NCBI GenBank assembly: GCA_017506175.1
Contig: JAFVNW010000043.1
Span: forward strand, 19,012-83,011
Direction of reading: 5' to 3'
Source: Bacteroidales bacterium
GTDB lineage: Bacteria; Bacteroidota; Bacteroidia; Bacteroidales; WCHB1-69
Length of the DNA: 64,000 nucleotides
The position numbers and the translations under genes were made by a program. Below the pieces are notes generated by a model. That model saw only the letters and a program-made list of their open reading frames with translations. It did no database searches and was not told where the DNA came from. This document shows positions 1 through 10,700 of this stretch, in pieces. The number at the start of each line of letters is the position of its first letter. Position 1 is the first letter of the stretch.

Positions 1-1
1 G

Positions 2-2197
2 AACATGGTGCCTGCGGATTTGGATATCGATAACGATAATGACGGCTATGTGGACAATGTGGTCTTCGTCATACGCGGTAATGTAGGCGACTGGAACGAT
101 TTGCTATGGCCACACAAATGGACTCTCTTCACGCAGTCTGCTGCCGCTTACATTCATGGAAAGCGTGTGTTGGAATATAACATTCAACTTGCCGACAACA
201 CCTACTATTTCAGTGTTTCCACTCTTTGCCATGAAATGAACCATACGCTTGGTGCGCCAGATTTGTATCATTATTACAATGGGACGAGCCTTTCTCCGGT
301 TGGCTCGTGGGACTTGATGCAGAACAACGCCCGTCCGCCGCAACACATGGGCGCCTATATGAAATATGAGTACGGCACGTGGCTTGACTCTATTCCGGAA
401 ATTACCCAGTGTGGCACCTATACATTGCATGCCTTGGGCACTTCAGCCACCAATAACTGCTACAAAATCGCAGGACCGAACGAACACGAGTATTTTGTTT
501 TGGAATATAGAAACAATCAAAGCGAGTATTACGAGACTTCGTTGCCCTCTTCGGGCCTGCTGATTTACAGGATAAATGATCGGTTTTGGGGAAATTCCTC
601 TTACGATGGGACCACTAATTTTGACGAGATTTACCTTTTCCGCCGCAATGGAACCCCTAATTCCGACGGCGATGTGGACAATGCGGCTTTCGGTTCCAAT
701 TTGGGCCGCTCTGCGTTCAACAGTGAAACCAACCCGCGCCCGTTTTTGACGGATGGAACCTATTTCGATGACCTCTATATCCATCAAATCTCGTCGGCCG
801 GCGGCGACTCCATTACTTTCACCTATTGTGCCGAAAACTACATCGGTGTTACGGCCGACCTTGTCGAATTGTCCGCCGACTCGAGCTCGACCGGCACTTT
901 TAGAGTGAACTCCGACCTTACCTGGAACATCACATGCGATTGCGATTGGGTGACTGTTTCGCCGCTTTCCGATAGCGGAACCGTTGTCATCAATGTGGTC
1001 GCCAATGAGTATAACAACTCTGTGGATCCGCGCGAGTGCGTTCTGACTATCACCGCTTCCAACGGACAGACACGCACTGTCATCGTGCGCCAGCTCGGTG
1101 TTCAGCCGGTTCTTCTCGTGACGACTGACAACAATGTCTTTGATAGTGGCATCTTGGACACGCTGCCAGTCTATGTCACTTCTAACTTGGACTGGACAGT
1201 GAATATTTCTGTCCCGTGGTTGTCATACTACGGCGCAACGGGGCTCCATTCGGATGCCACCGCCCATTATTATTACGATACGCTTTATTTCTACACTACC
1301 GAGGTCAATTCATCTTGCATACAGCGTATGGCTGCAGTGAATTTCCTCGGACTGAATGAGGCTTCAACAGCTGCTACCACCGCTCTTTACCAGTCTGGCA
1401 TTTCCACTACACTCACCGCAACACCTGCCGCTATCACCATCCCCAATTCTCCTAATGCGACAGCAACGGCCCAGATTCATTCCAATACCTCATGGACGGT
1501 TACAAACAATGCCACTTGGCTGACCGTTTCGCCCATGTCTGGCACCAACGACCAGCAGCTTACTTTCACGGCCACATTGACCAACAGTTCTGTGAACCCC
1601 AAGACTGCCATCATCCAAATCTCCAATTCATGCGGCGATTTCATCAATCTGAATGTCACGCAGCCTGCAGGTTCGTTAAATGTGGTTGAAAATGAAGTCA
1701 CCCTAGCTGCTGCGAACGGCAGTACGGCCACGGTGCATGTCAACTGCACCGGCACATGGCATGTGATTGCGGGCACAGTTCCCAACTGGCTCCAACTTAC
1801 GCCTGAATCGGATGAGTATGACGGTACTTTTACTGTTACCACGCTCTCGGCAAATGAGGAAGACCAGCCCCGCAGTGCTTCGTTGCGTTTCGCCTATGGG
1901 CTCAACTTCCGCGACACGCTGGTGGTTACTCAGTTGACTTCTGTGGGAATCGATGAAAACGTTCCCGAAAACTTCACTTTCTTCCCAAATCCTGTAGAAA
2001 ATGTGCTGAACATTACCGCAGAAACTGCTTGCCAGTATGTTGTTGTTGACGCGCTTGGCAAGGAGGTTGCCAATGGCGAAATCGTCGCAGGCAACAATGC
2101 AGTTCCTTTCAATAATCTGTCATCTGGCGTATATTTCGTTCGCCTGACAAATCTTGAAAACGGGAAGACCGTTACCCGTAAAGTGGTAAAGAAATAG
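2..2197 (+). CDS. M6-family (immune inhibitor A-like) secreted metalloprotease with BACON-like repeats and a T9SS type A C-terminal domain. The 5' end is cut by the window edge.
   Basis: The frame is open from the window edge. Zinc motif HEMNHTLGAPDLYHY. Repeated DWVTVSP / WLTVSP Ig-like modules. The C-terminus FFPNPVENVLNI...GVYFVRLTN...KVVKK is typical of a T9SS CTD. Confidence 0.8.
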   Translation, partial: NMVPADLDIDNDNDGYVDNVVFVIRGNVGDWNDLLWPHKWTLFTQSAAAYIHGKRVLEYNIQLADNTYYFSVSTLCHEMNHTLGAPDLYHYYNGTSLSPVGSWDLMQNNARPPQHMGAYMKYEYGTWLDSIPEITQCGTYTLHALGTSATNNCYKIAGPNEHEYFVLEYRNNQSEYYETSLPSSGLLIYRINDRFWGNSSYDGTTNFDEIYLFRRNGTPNSDGDVDNAAFGSNLGRSAFNSETNPRPFLTDGTYFDDLYIHQISSAGGDSITFTYCAENYIGVTADLVELSADSSSTGTFRVNSDLTWNITCDCDWVTVSPLSDSGTVVINVVANEYNNSVDPRECVLTITASNGQTRTVIVRQLGVQPVLLVTTDNNVFDSGILDTLPVYVTSNLDWTVNISVPWLSYYGATGLHSDATAHYYYDTLYFYTTEVNSSCIQRMAAVNFLGLNEASTAATTALYQSGISTTLTATPAAITIPNSPNATATAQIHSNTSWTVTNNATWLTVSPMSGTNDQQLTFTATLTNSSVNPKTAIIQISNSCGDFINLNVTQPAGSLNVVENEVTLAAANGSTATVHVNCTGTWHVIAGTVPNWLQLTPESDEYDGTFTVTTLSANEEDQPRSASLRFAYGLNFRDTLVVTQLTSVGIDENVPENFTFFPNPVENVLNITAETACQYVVVDALGKEVANGEIVAGNNAVPFNNLSSGVYFVRLTNLENGKTVTRKVVKK

Positions 2198-2202
2198 TTG
2201 AC

Positions 2203-4155
2203 CTATTGTTTCGTGGGGCGTTGTTCTTCGCTCACGATGTGGGTTTGAACCCTTGGATTAAAGGACGCGGCTTCTTCTGATGTGACGAGGTCGCGTTCTT
2301 TCATTCTATCCATCAGGAATCTAAGTTCTGCCTGACGGTTTGCCGTGGTTGCGCCGTTCGTATCTAAAGTGTACCGATAGGATTTGGGGGAGCGGATTAA
2401 GGTGGCGAGATAGGTGCATTCATTGAGCGTCAGTTCTTTCGGCTTCTTCCCGAAGTAGAATTCGGCAGCGTGACCGATGCCAATCACTTGCGGGGCCCAT
2501 TCCACAATATTGACGTAAATCTCAAACATCCTCTCTTTTTCAATCATGTTATAATCCTCAATCATCCAAACCAGCAGTAGTTCTTCAATTTTGCGGGTCA
2601 GGACCTTGTTTCGATTGAGGAACAGGTTCTTGACTAGTTGCTGTGAAATCGTGCTGCCGCCGCGAATCATCTTGTGCGCTTTGATATCGGCAATCATCGC
2701 ATTGCGGATGGCATCCTTCAGGTAGCCGCGATGCCGGAAAAACGAAGGGTCTTCGCTGACTAATATGCTGTTTGTCAGATTGATGGGAATTTGTGAAAAT
2801 GAACAGAAATATGGGTTGCGTGTGCTGTCGATGGGAACGACAATTTCAACTTCAACCTCTTCCCTCGTCGCTTCATCGATGTGCTTGTCGTAAAAAATGT
2901 AGTCGAACGGCTCGTTGAATCGGGTGATGAGTTCAGCTCCCTTGTCAATTCCGAAAGAATGGTCTTTGCTGCCTATTCCAAAATCGAATATCAGATTGTC
3001 AACATTGGCGAAATCACAGTCAAACAGCAGATGATAGTCGATGTTGCCGTGCACTTTCATTTGCGGGATGATTGTGAACAGCCCCTCTGGAAGGGAGGAG
3101 AACAGCTTTTGGGCATTGCATTTTTGCTCATTGACTTTGACGATGATGTGTTGGCTCTTGTTTTTGTCATAGCACAGGAAGGGGTGCATGACGGCCTCGT
3201 TAAGTTGTAGCTCAGAGGTGGAGTCGATTTGGATGCTTTTTTTGAAGAACGACAGATCCAGGTCTCCGCCTGTGGTTTCAATCAGTATCGGTTCTTTCGC
3301 CACGAAGCGGTTGTAGAACTGCAAATTCCGAATGTGCCCAGAGACCGCCAGTTTTGTGTGTTCGCTGGTCGCTTCTTTGACTTCCATGATGAATTCCGCT
3401 TTCTGGAATTTGATGTCTGAATTTTTCAGTTGGTGGTAGGGAAGGGGGATGCCGGCAATTTCGTTTCCAGTGTCAAGTAGAGTGATTTCCCCTTCGTAGG
3501 TCTGGTTTTCTTTGTCGATGGCTCCTTTCAAATTCCATCGCGACTGCACCACATCTGTTGTATCTTTTAATATCGTTAACTGCCCATTGAATTGTTTGTC
3601 TTTGATGTTCAATTCGTGCATAGAGTAGTCGTTGCGGAGGCTGTCGATGTCGGTTTTGATTTCTAATTTTTTTATACTCAATATGTTGGGGCAATACTTG
3701 TCGATTTGTTTAAGAAGCGCGCTGACACGTTCGTTATAGCCAGTGGAGGTTTTCCTCTCGCCTTTTTCATGTAAAAAGGGGTAGTTGCAGTAGTCGCCGG
3801 ACTTCACGATTTGCAGAAAAACGGTGTCGGCATTGAGTTCATTGATATTTCGGGTGATGTGGAATCCGTGCCATGCCTGCACTTCGGTGTGCAATTTGTC
3901 GATACTTGCGAACACCTCCTTCGCTTCGTTCGACTTGACGCCTATGCCGTTGAGGTTGATGCCTATTTTACCGGAAAGCGTGTGTTTTGTGATTTCTATC
4001 TCGTCGACGTGCAGAGTTATGTTTTTTTCTTTTTGAATTTCATCAATCTTTTTTTCAATGTAGGATTTGGCGATAACGGGAATCAGGCAGTAGAAGATGG
4101 CAGTTAGGAGCACGAGTGCCGCAGGTATGCTGATTAAGATGATTTTCTTCTTCAT
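2203..4155 (-). CDS. Membrane-anchored protein with a C-terminal GT51 peptidoglycan transglycosylase domain and an uncharacterised N-terminal region of about 430 aa.
   Basis: N-terminal TM helix. GT51 motifs EDPSFFRHRGY, GGSTISQQLVKN and RKIEELLLVWMIE lie in the last ~200 aa. No transpeptidase motifs seen. Confidence 0.75.
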   Translation of the reverse strand: MKKKIILISIPAALVLLTAIFYCLIPVIAKSYIEKKIDEIQKEKNITLHVDEIEITKHTLSGKIGINLNGIGVKSNEAKEVFASIDKLHTEVQAWHGFHITRNINELNADTVFLQIVKSGDYCNYPFLHEKGERKTSTGYNERVSALLKQIDKYCPNILSIKKLEIKTDIDSLRNDYSMHELNIKDKQFNGQLTILKDTTDVVQSRWNLKGAIDKENQTYEGEITLLDTGNEIAGIPLPYHQLKNSDIKFQKAEFIMEVKEATSEHTKLAVSGHIRNLQFYNRFVAKEPILIETTGGDLDLSFFKKSIQIDSTSELQLNEAVMHPFLCYDKNKSQHIIVKVNEQKCNAQKLFSSLPEGLFTIIPQMKVHGNIDYHLLFDCDFANVDNLIFDFGIGSKDHSFGIDKGAELITRFNEPFDYIFYDKHIDEATREEVEVEIVVPIDSTRNPYFCSFSQIPINLTNSILVSEDPSFFRHRGYLKDAIRNAMIADIKAHKMIRGGSTISQQLVKNLFLNRNKVLTRKIEELLLVWMIEDYNMIEKERMFEIYVNIVEWAPQVIGIGHAAEFYFGKKPKELTLNECTYLATLIRSPKSYRYTLDTNGATTANRQAELRFLMDRMKERDLVTSEEAASFNPRVQTHIVSEEQRPTKQ

Positions 4156-4176
4156 TTGTGCAACGATTTAGCGCGG

Positions 4177-4184
4177 CAAAAGTA
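4177..4184 (-). promoter_or_regulatory. Bacteroidota -7 promoter box (TACTTTTG) for the transglycosylase gene
   Basis: The reverse complement of caaaagta matches TAnnTTTG. It lies 22 nt upstream of the start at 4155. Confidence 0.5.
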
Positions 4185-4375
4185 GAAAAAAATATGCAAT
4201 TGGCAATCATCCATGTTTGTTGCGTGATTTTGTCCTCAGGTTTCCAAATTCCGGCTTTTTCCTGGCCGGGTTATTAAGAAATTTCCGGCACTGTTCATCT
4301 TATTTGTTGATAATGAATTAATTGCAAATGAATTAAATTTATTCTGCAATGCGTTGAACAATACGAAAAAAGTTG

Positions 4376-4383
4376 TATTTTTG
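4376..4383 (+). promoter_or_regulatory. Bacteroidota -7 promoter box (TATTTTTG) for the tRNA
   Basis: TATTTTTG sits 12 nt upstream of the mature tRNA 5' end. Confidence 0.5.
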
Positions 4384-4395
4384 CGAACTCAATCA

Positions 4396-4469
4396 GGCGG
4401 GGTAGCTCAGTTGGTTAGAGCGTCGGATTCATAACCCGGAGGTCTCGAGTTCAATTCTCGATCCCGCCA
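4396..4469 (+). tRNA. tRNA with CAU anticodon (elongator tRNA-Met, or tRNA-Ile2 if lysidine-modified). CCA is not encoded.
   Basis: Hand-folded cloverleaf. Acceptor GGCGGGG/TCCCGCC. D stem GCTC/GAGC. Anticodon loop TTCATAA. T arm TCGAG-TTCAATT-CTCGA. Discriminator A. G1-C72 argues against an initiator. Confidence 0.9.
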
Positions 4470-4491
4470 CATGAAATGAAAAATTTGTTCG

Positions 4492-4517
4492 GGTGGAGTT
4501 CCTCTCCACCTTTTTTT
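4492..4517. terminator. Rho-independent terminator between the tRNA and the convergent DUF456 gene, possibly bidirectional
   Basis: GGTGGAG-ttcct-CTCCACC hairpin followed by T7 (4511-4517). Confidence 0.7.
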
Positions 4518-4524
4518 GTCCGCC

Positions 4525-5013
4525 CTATTTCAGGAGTGCGACAATAGCGATGACAATGACCACGATTCCAAAAACGATTTTCAGCAGGGTGCCGGCAAGG
4601 AACCCGATGAACGAGCCGAACGCCGCTTTCCACGGGTGCGGGTTGTGCGCAATCAGCTCGCCGATGTACGCGCCAATGAAGGGACCTACAAGGATGCCCC
4701 CCAACCCGAGCGGCCCAAAGGAGATGATGAACATCCCCGCCAGCAGCCCGAGGGTGCTGCCCCACATTCCTTTCTTGGTGCCTCCGAACTTCTTGGTTCC
4801 CAAAGCCGGAACTATATAGTCTAATACTGTGATAACCACAGCGATAACACTGATTATCACCCAGAAAGAGACGGAAAATTCTACGGTTTCGGTGAGCGCC
4901 AGCACAATCAGGCCTGCCAGACTGATGGGGGTGCCCGGTATGCCAGGCACTATCGCACCAATCAAGCCGATGACCATCAGTACAAATGCTACGATAATCA
5001 ATGTGATTTCCAT
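4525..5013 (-). CDS. DUF456-family small integral membrane protein
   Basis: 162 aa with 4 predicted TM helices. The N-terminus ...VIGLIGAIVPGIPGTPISLAGL... resembles DUF456 proteins. Confidence 0.6.
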   Translation of the reverse strand: MEITLIIVAFVLMVIGLIGAIVPGIPGTPISLAGLIVLALTETVEFSVSFWVIISVIAVVITVLDYIVPALGTKKFGGTKKGMWGSTLGLLAGMFIISFGPLGLGGILVGPFIGAYIGELIAHNPHPWKAAFGSFIGFLAGTLLKIVFGIVVIVIAIVALLK

Positions 5014-5022
5014 AGTGTGGTT

Positions 5023-6513
5023 TCAATTGCTTTTCTCTTTGTTCGGATTGAGCGGCGTGCTCAAATCCTCCTCCTCTTTGAATAGACGCGCCAGATATAT
5101 CGACAATTCCTTCGTTATGTCGGGGGCATAGCGGTTGCTGAGTTTCCCGTCGGGGGCAATTAGCATGTTGTCGGGCAGCGTTGTAATGCCCATGTCGTCC
5201 AGCCATTGGTATTCGCCATTAAAATGCACAAAAGTCCAGTCGAATTGCGGATACTTTTCTTTAAATTGGATGAAGTGGCCGAAATTGAAGTCAGTGGAGA
5301 TGCTTACGAAAACGATGTTGTTCTTGTATTTTTCCTGCAATTGCCTGATAATCGTCATCTCACGAATGCAGTCCAGACAGGTAGTATTGAAGAATTGCAG
5401 ATACACCCATTTGCCTTTGAAGTTGCTGAGTGTGAAGTCGGCGCCGTTCGCTTCTTTCATTCTGGTGTCAGGCAGAAAGGCCCCGCTGTTAAAACGTTGC
5501 AATTCTGCCACGGCATTTTCGGCAATTCGGCGGTGTTCCTCAAAATGGGAGGTTTGCGCCATCTCATTCAGAATTCTTATGATGTTCCATCTGTTAAATT
5601 CCTTGTTTTCATATAATTGCATTAAATTTTCAATCATTGCAATCTCCCTGATTCTCTCGTTTATTAAATAGGGGTCTTTGCCAACCAGATTAAAGAGTGC
5701 CAATGCGTGTCCTTCTTTGTTGATGCACTCTTTCAAATCATTTAGTGCAATATGTGGAGAATTGATGAAGTAACGGTCATAGAATTCGTTCAAAAAATTC
5801 ATGTATGCTGGGTTTGTGTAAAGCACATACTCATTGTCCAGATATTTCTTGTAAAGGGAGCCTTTCTCCTTTTGCAGAAGCAGGCGTTCCAAGGAGGCGT
5901 ATGAATAATATATGTAGGATTCATAAAAACGGTCGGGCGCGTAAATGATCGGGAAACGTGCGTGAATCTCCTTGGCAATCGAGTCGAATTGGGCGGGCGA
6001 GATGTCGCTGAGTATGTTCGGCGAGAAAAAGTCCACGATGTCGCTGCTTACGCTCTCGTACCAGTTGATTTTGTAGTTGATGTCATTCTTGCTGATGTTT
6101 TCGCAATGAATTTGCAGGTATCCTCCGTAAGCCATAGGATCAAGCAAATCAAATAGTTGCGGATCCATTTCAACGGAAAAGCGGTACTCTTTTCCTGGTT
6201 CGATGTAGAATTCGGCTTTGGAAGTACGGATGGCAATCTGTACCAGCGTGGGTTCGACTACGGTATAACTGAGTTCGAAATTCCCGTTTTTGTCGATTTT
6301 GTCGCTGGCGGCTATGGTTTTGTGGTAGGTCACCATGTCGTTGAAAGCAATCAGGCGGATCTCCTCTCCGCAAGCGAATTTGGCGCAACCTCGAATGATG
6401 GTCGGTGTCGGCTTTTGCGCTGAAAGATAGAATGAAGACAAACAACACATCAGCAAAAAAAAGCGCTGAAGCGTGCCTTTATACCGACGATGTCCGTATC
6501 TGTCCCAATTCAT
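5023..6513 (-). CDS. TlpA/ResA-like thioredoxin-fold thiol-disulfide oxidoreductase with a long N-terminal domain of unknown function
   Basis: Signal peptide. C-terminal thioredoxin-like block FKGKWVYLQFFNTTCLDCIREM (CxxC) followed by VFVSISTD. Confidence 0.65.
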   Translation of the reverse strand: MNWDRYGHRRYKGTLQRFFLLMCCLSSFYLSAQKPTPTIIRGCAKFACGEEIRLIAFNDMVTYHKTIAASDKIDKNGNFELSYTVVEPTLVQIAIRTSKAEFYIEPGKEYRFSVEMDPQLFDLLDPMAYGGYLQIHCENISKNDINYKINWYESVSSDIVDFFSPNILSDISPAQFDSIAKEIHARFPIIYAPDRFYESYIYYSYASLERLLLQKEKGSLYKKYLDNEYVLYTNPAYMNFLNEFYDRYFINSPHIALNDLKECINKEGHALALFNLVGKDPYLINERIREIAMIENLMQLYENKEFNRWNIIRILNEMAQTSHFEEHRRIAENAVAELQRFNSGAFLPDTRMKEANGADFTLSNFKGKWVYLQFFNTTCLDCIREMTIIRQLQEKYKNNIVFVSISTDFNFGHFIQFKEKYPQFDWTFVHFNGEYQWLDDMGITTLPDNMLIAPDGKLSNRYAPDITKELSIYLARLFKEEEDLSTPLNPNKEKSN

Positions 6514-6524
6514 AGTCGCAAAGT

Positions 6525-7784
6525 TTATAGCTGCCCCTTCAACGCCATTAGTTCGTATTTGGCTTTCAGAAGTTGGATGCTGTGTACTTCTTTAGCCATC
6601 ACTGCCTGTGTCTCATCATTTTGTTGTTTGATGAAATCGATGGTTGTGATGGTGCCGTTTAGGAGTTGTGTGTTGGCCGTTTCCCTCATTTCCTGATACT
6701 TCTGTATGATTTGTTCGTCGAGAACGAGCAGGTGTTCAATTCGGTTGATCTCGTTCAACTTCTCTTGAATGGCAATTTGATTGGCTTTGGTGAAGTCGGA
6801 CTCCTGGCTTTCGAGGATGGACTTTTGGAGGGTGATGATGTCGCTTACACCTTTGGCCTTGGCCCAGTCGATGAGTGGGACATTGAATTTCATCCCCACG
6901 AAATAAAACCAGTCGGCTCGGTTGCTCAGGAGGTTGTAGGTCGGGCGTCCGTAGCCGCCTGCCGCTACGAATGTGATTTTAGGCAAACTCTTGGAAATGT
7001 GCATCTTCCGCTGATACTCTAAGTTCTCCTTCTCATTTTCAAAAATGGAGAATTCGTATCGCGATGAATTGGTGTTGCTTTCAACTTTGGGCAGTTGCGG
7101 AATCTGGAAAGTGGCCTTCGACAAGTCTTTGCCTGTCAGGATGGAAAGCGAGGAAATCAGCGATTCGCGGGTGGCTTGCAGCTCGTCTTTCTGCTGCTGA
7201 ATCTTCAGCCCTTCCAAATCCAGCTGCGCGATGGAGTTCCCGTAAACGACGCCTGCCTTCAGCAGTGCGGACAGTTGGTCGGACTTCTCCTGGAATGTGT
7301 TCTCCACATTCGACAAGATGTTGATTTGCTTGTCGATGATGAGCAGGTTCAGATAGATGGAGATGATCTGCTCTTTTAGTTTGCTGATGGAGATGTCCAA
7401 CTTGTTGATTTCGGTCTTGTTGAGCAGCCTTTCGCGTTTGCGGCCGTACGTTGCCTGCAAGCCGTCGAACACGACCTGCTGGAGATTGAGCGTGGCGTTA
7501 TACACATCGTGGCGCATATCAATATGTCCCGGTGTGATTTCGGGCAGCTCCAGCACAGGCGAAATGTACCCGATGGCACCGTTAATCTCTAATGTCGGAT
7601 AATAATGGGATGACACATCATTCAGTTTCACGTGCAGAAGTTGTTCGTTGAATTCCTTCTGCACGTTTGCTGATGATTGAGCCACAGCAAGTCGCTGACA
7701 TTCTTCAATCGTTACAATATCTTGGGCGGACAAGCCTATTGTAAGAGCGATTAATATCAGTAGGATGGTGGCTTTTTTCGTCAT
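6525..7784 (-). CDS. TolC-family outer membrane channel protein
   Basis: Signal peptide. Start of mature protein ...IVTIEECQRLAVAQSS. Two-repeat coiled/beta architecture. C-terminal ...AKYELMALKG is typical of OEP/TolC. Confidence 0.75.
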   Translation of the reverse strand: MTKKATILLILIALTIGLSAQDIVTIEECQRLAVAQSSANVQKEFNEQLLHVKLNDVSSHYYPTLEINGAIGYISPVLELPEITPGHIDMRHDVYNATLNLQQVVFDGLQATYGRKRERLLNKTEINKLDISISKLKEQIISIYLNLLIIDKQINILSNVENTFQEKSDQLSALLKAGVVYGNSIAQLDLEGLKIQQQKDELQATRESLISSLSILTGKDLSKATFQIPQLPKVESNTNSSRYEFSIFENEKENLEYQRKMHISKSLPKITFVAAGGYGRPTYNLLSNRADWFYFVGMKFNVPLIDWAKAKGVSDIITLQKSILESQESDFTKANQIAIQEKLNEINRIEHLLVLDEQIIQKYQEMRETANTQLLNGTITTIDFIKQQNDETQAVMAKEVHSIQLLKAKYELMALKGQL

Positions 7785-7787
7785 CTT

Positions 7788-10700
7788 TTATTTCTTGATG
7801 AATTTAGTAGTGGAGACGATTTGTCCTTCGTTGAAAATCTTGATGAAATAAACGCCGTTGGCCAATTCGCTCACGTTGATTCTGTTATCGGTTTCAGTCA
7901 GGGCTTCCTCGTTGATTTTCTTGCCATAGACATCGTAAATAACGGCTTGAGTGGCCATTGTATTGTTCAGATTGATGTTGATGAAGTCGGTTGTCGGGTT
8001 CGGGAAGATGGTGATGAGGCTCTGTCCGTTTTCATTGATTCCAACGGTGCTGACTACTAAAACAGTGAAATTCTCGCTGAAATTGTGTGTGCCGTCGGTC
8101 AACTGGTGGGTGAAGGGGATTTCGGTACCGTTAGGTGTATTGTCGCTGATGACCACGTCAAATTGACTTAACTGATTTACGCCGGGAGCCATCAGCGGGA
8201 AGGTGATGATGGGGGTGGAGATGGATGTGTAGGGGGAGGTGCTGGTGAGGCTTGAGAGGACGTTGTTGGCATCTGTCTGACCTTCGTTCAGGCTGTAAAT
8301 TGAAATCTTGATGGTTTCACCTGGATTTACGTCGTTATCGCCGTTGCCAGAGATGATGTTGACAAATCTGCTTACATCGGTCAGGCTGACTTCTGCGCTG
8401 CCGCCGTTCACCACTGTGATTGTGAAAGTGTAGGTGTCGGCATCTTGTGGGTTGTCGGTTTCGGCGATGTCGTGGGTGAATGTGATAGTCGTGTTGTTGG
8501 GGGTGTTTGCGTCAATGTTGACTTCAAATTGGCTTAAAACGGTGGCGGCTGCGTTGACGGTCGCGAAGTTCTGGGTTGGGGAGGCGATGGTGGCGAAGGG
8601 AGAGTCGCTGGAGAGAGTGGAGACCACGTTGGTAGCGGCTGCGTTACCTTCATTGCGGCTGGTCATGGTTACGCGGATGGTTTCGCCTGGATTGATGTTG
8701 GCGTCGTTGTTGCCGGAGATGATGCTCACGCTGTGGTTGATGTCCTCCAAGTCGGCTTCTCCCTCTTCGGCAAAGTAGGCGGTGTAGTTCGCGTTGGCTG
8801 TAACGGTGATGATGCGCGGGTTGGTGGTTACGTTGTCATTCCAGTGGTCGAATACGTAGCCGGTGGCAGGGGTGGCGGTCAGGGTGACGGCGTCGTTGTA
8901 GTTATAGGAGCCGCCGCCGGTCACGGTGCCGTGTGCGGGATCGTCGGGAACGGCGGTGATGGTGTAGCTGCCGGCTTCAAAGTTGGCGGTGTAGGTGGCA
9001 TTGCCCGTCACGGTGATGGTGCGCGGGTTGGTGGTCACGTTGTCGCTCCAGCTGGTGAAGCCGTAGCCTAAGGCTGGGGTGGCGGTCAGGGTGATGGTGG
9101 TGCCGTAAGCGTAGGTGCCACCGCCAGTAACGGTGCCGTGGGAAGCATCGTCAGGAATTGCCGTGATGGTGTATTGTTCTGCATCGAAGTAGGCGGTGTA
9201 GGTGGCGCTACCCGTCACGGTGATGGTGCGCGGGTTGGTGGTCACGTTGTCGCTCCAGTGGCTGAAGGTGTAATGGGCAGATGCTGTAGCTGTCAGCGTG
9301 GCTTGCTCGCCGGCTTGGTATGTGCCGCCGCCAGTCACGGTGCCGTGGGAAGCGTCGTCAGGAACCGCCGTGATGGTGTAGGTCGGTATGGTACCATTGA
9401 TGGTTACGCAGCTCGGTTCGGACTGAGGTGTCTCCACATCCACATTGCAGGTGGTGGAAATAGTATAGCAGTAGGTGCCGTTCTCAAGCCCGGCGTCGGT
9501 ATAAGTGCCTCCCCAAACATTGGATGCGATGAGAACGCCGTTGCGATAAACATTGTACGGAGTGCCGATGGAGGCTTCACCCGTGATGGTGATGTCATCT
9601 ACGCAGAACATATATTGGTCGTCCGATACGCAATGGATGGCGACATATTTCGCGTTGGCAGGTACTGTATAGGAGTAGGCAGTCCAAGTGGTGGTCGTTG
9701 TGGTGAGGTTGTTGATGTTGGTGAAGTCGGCCTCTTCGTTCCCTGTAGTTGAGTAAGCCACGTAGAATTGTTCTGTCGAGTAGCTGGAGGAGAATGAACG
9801 AGCGTAGAAGGAGAAGGTGAACGGCTGCGTGAAGTTCAATTCGGGGCTGATCATCCAGTCGTTGTTGGCTTGGTTGTATGTGTAGGGACTTGCAAAAAAG
9901 CTGCTTCCGCTATGGGCGGTTACGTTGGTGGATCCGGAAGTGAGCTGGCTTCTGTTGAATACAATGTAGGCCATTTGACTTCCTTCTCCCGTATAATTGA
10001 AATTTTGGAATTGGCCGCTGTTGCCGCCATCACCATCGATATAGCTCCAACCTACAGTTCCAGGAGAGTTGATGGTCCATGCTGTGTGGCTTTCGGCATC
10101 GTCCGTGATGGTGACGGTTTGTTGATAGCTTTCATCGGGCCAGGTCAGGGTTACTTCGTCGCCGTTGATAGAAGCGACCAGACCTACAGGAGCATCGCAG
10201 TCGCTACCGAGGGCGGTGAGGGTGAAGCTTCCTGTCCAGCTGTTGCCGTTGTAAGTGGCGGTATAGTCAACCGTGAATTCGTATCCTGTTTCAACGGCAT
10301 CATCTGCGGTGACTTGGAAACCGTCGTTGACGACAGCGGTACCTCCTTGGGCTGCCATCGCACCATAGGTTGCGGAAGCTCTGTTAATGGTCAGCATCGG
10401 GTCGTTGCAGGAAATCGTGACGTTCGTGTTGCCAGTGGTTGCGGCTTCCCCGTTGTTTACCATCGTCAACGTCAGGTTCGTGGCTTCTCCGTGAACCACG
10501 TTTTGCGGAGTATAGTCTTGTAAAGCGATTTCAGGCGCGATGACTGTAAGGGTAAAGGTTCCTGTCCAACTGTCGCCGTTGTTCGTAGCGGTGTAGTTAA
10601 CCGTGAATTCGTGGCCGTTTTCAACGCTGTTGTTTGCGGTGACTTGGAAACCGTTATTGACGACTGCAGTGCCGCCTTGGGCAGACATGGCACCGTAAGT

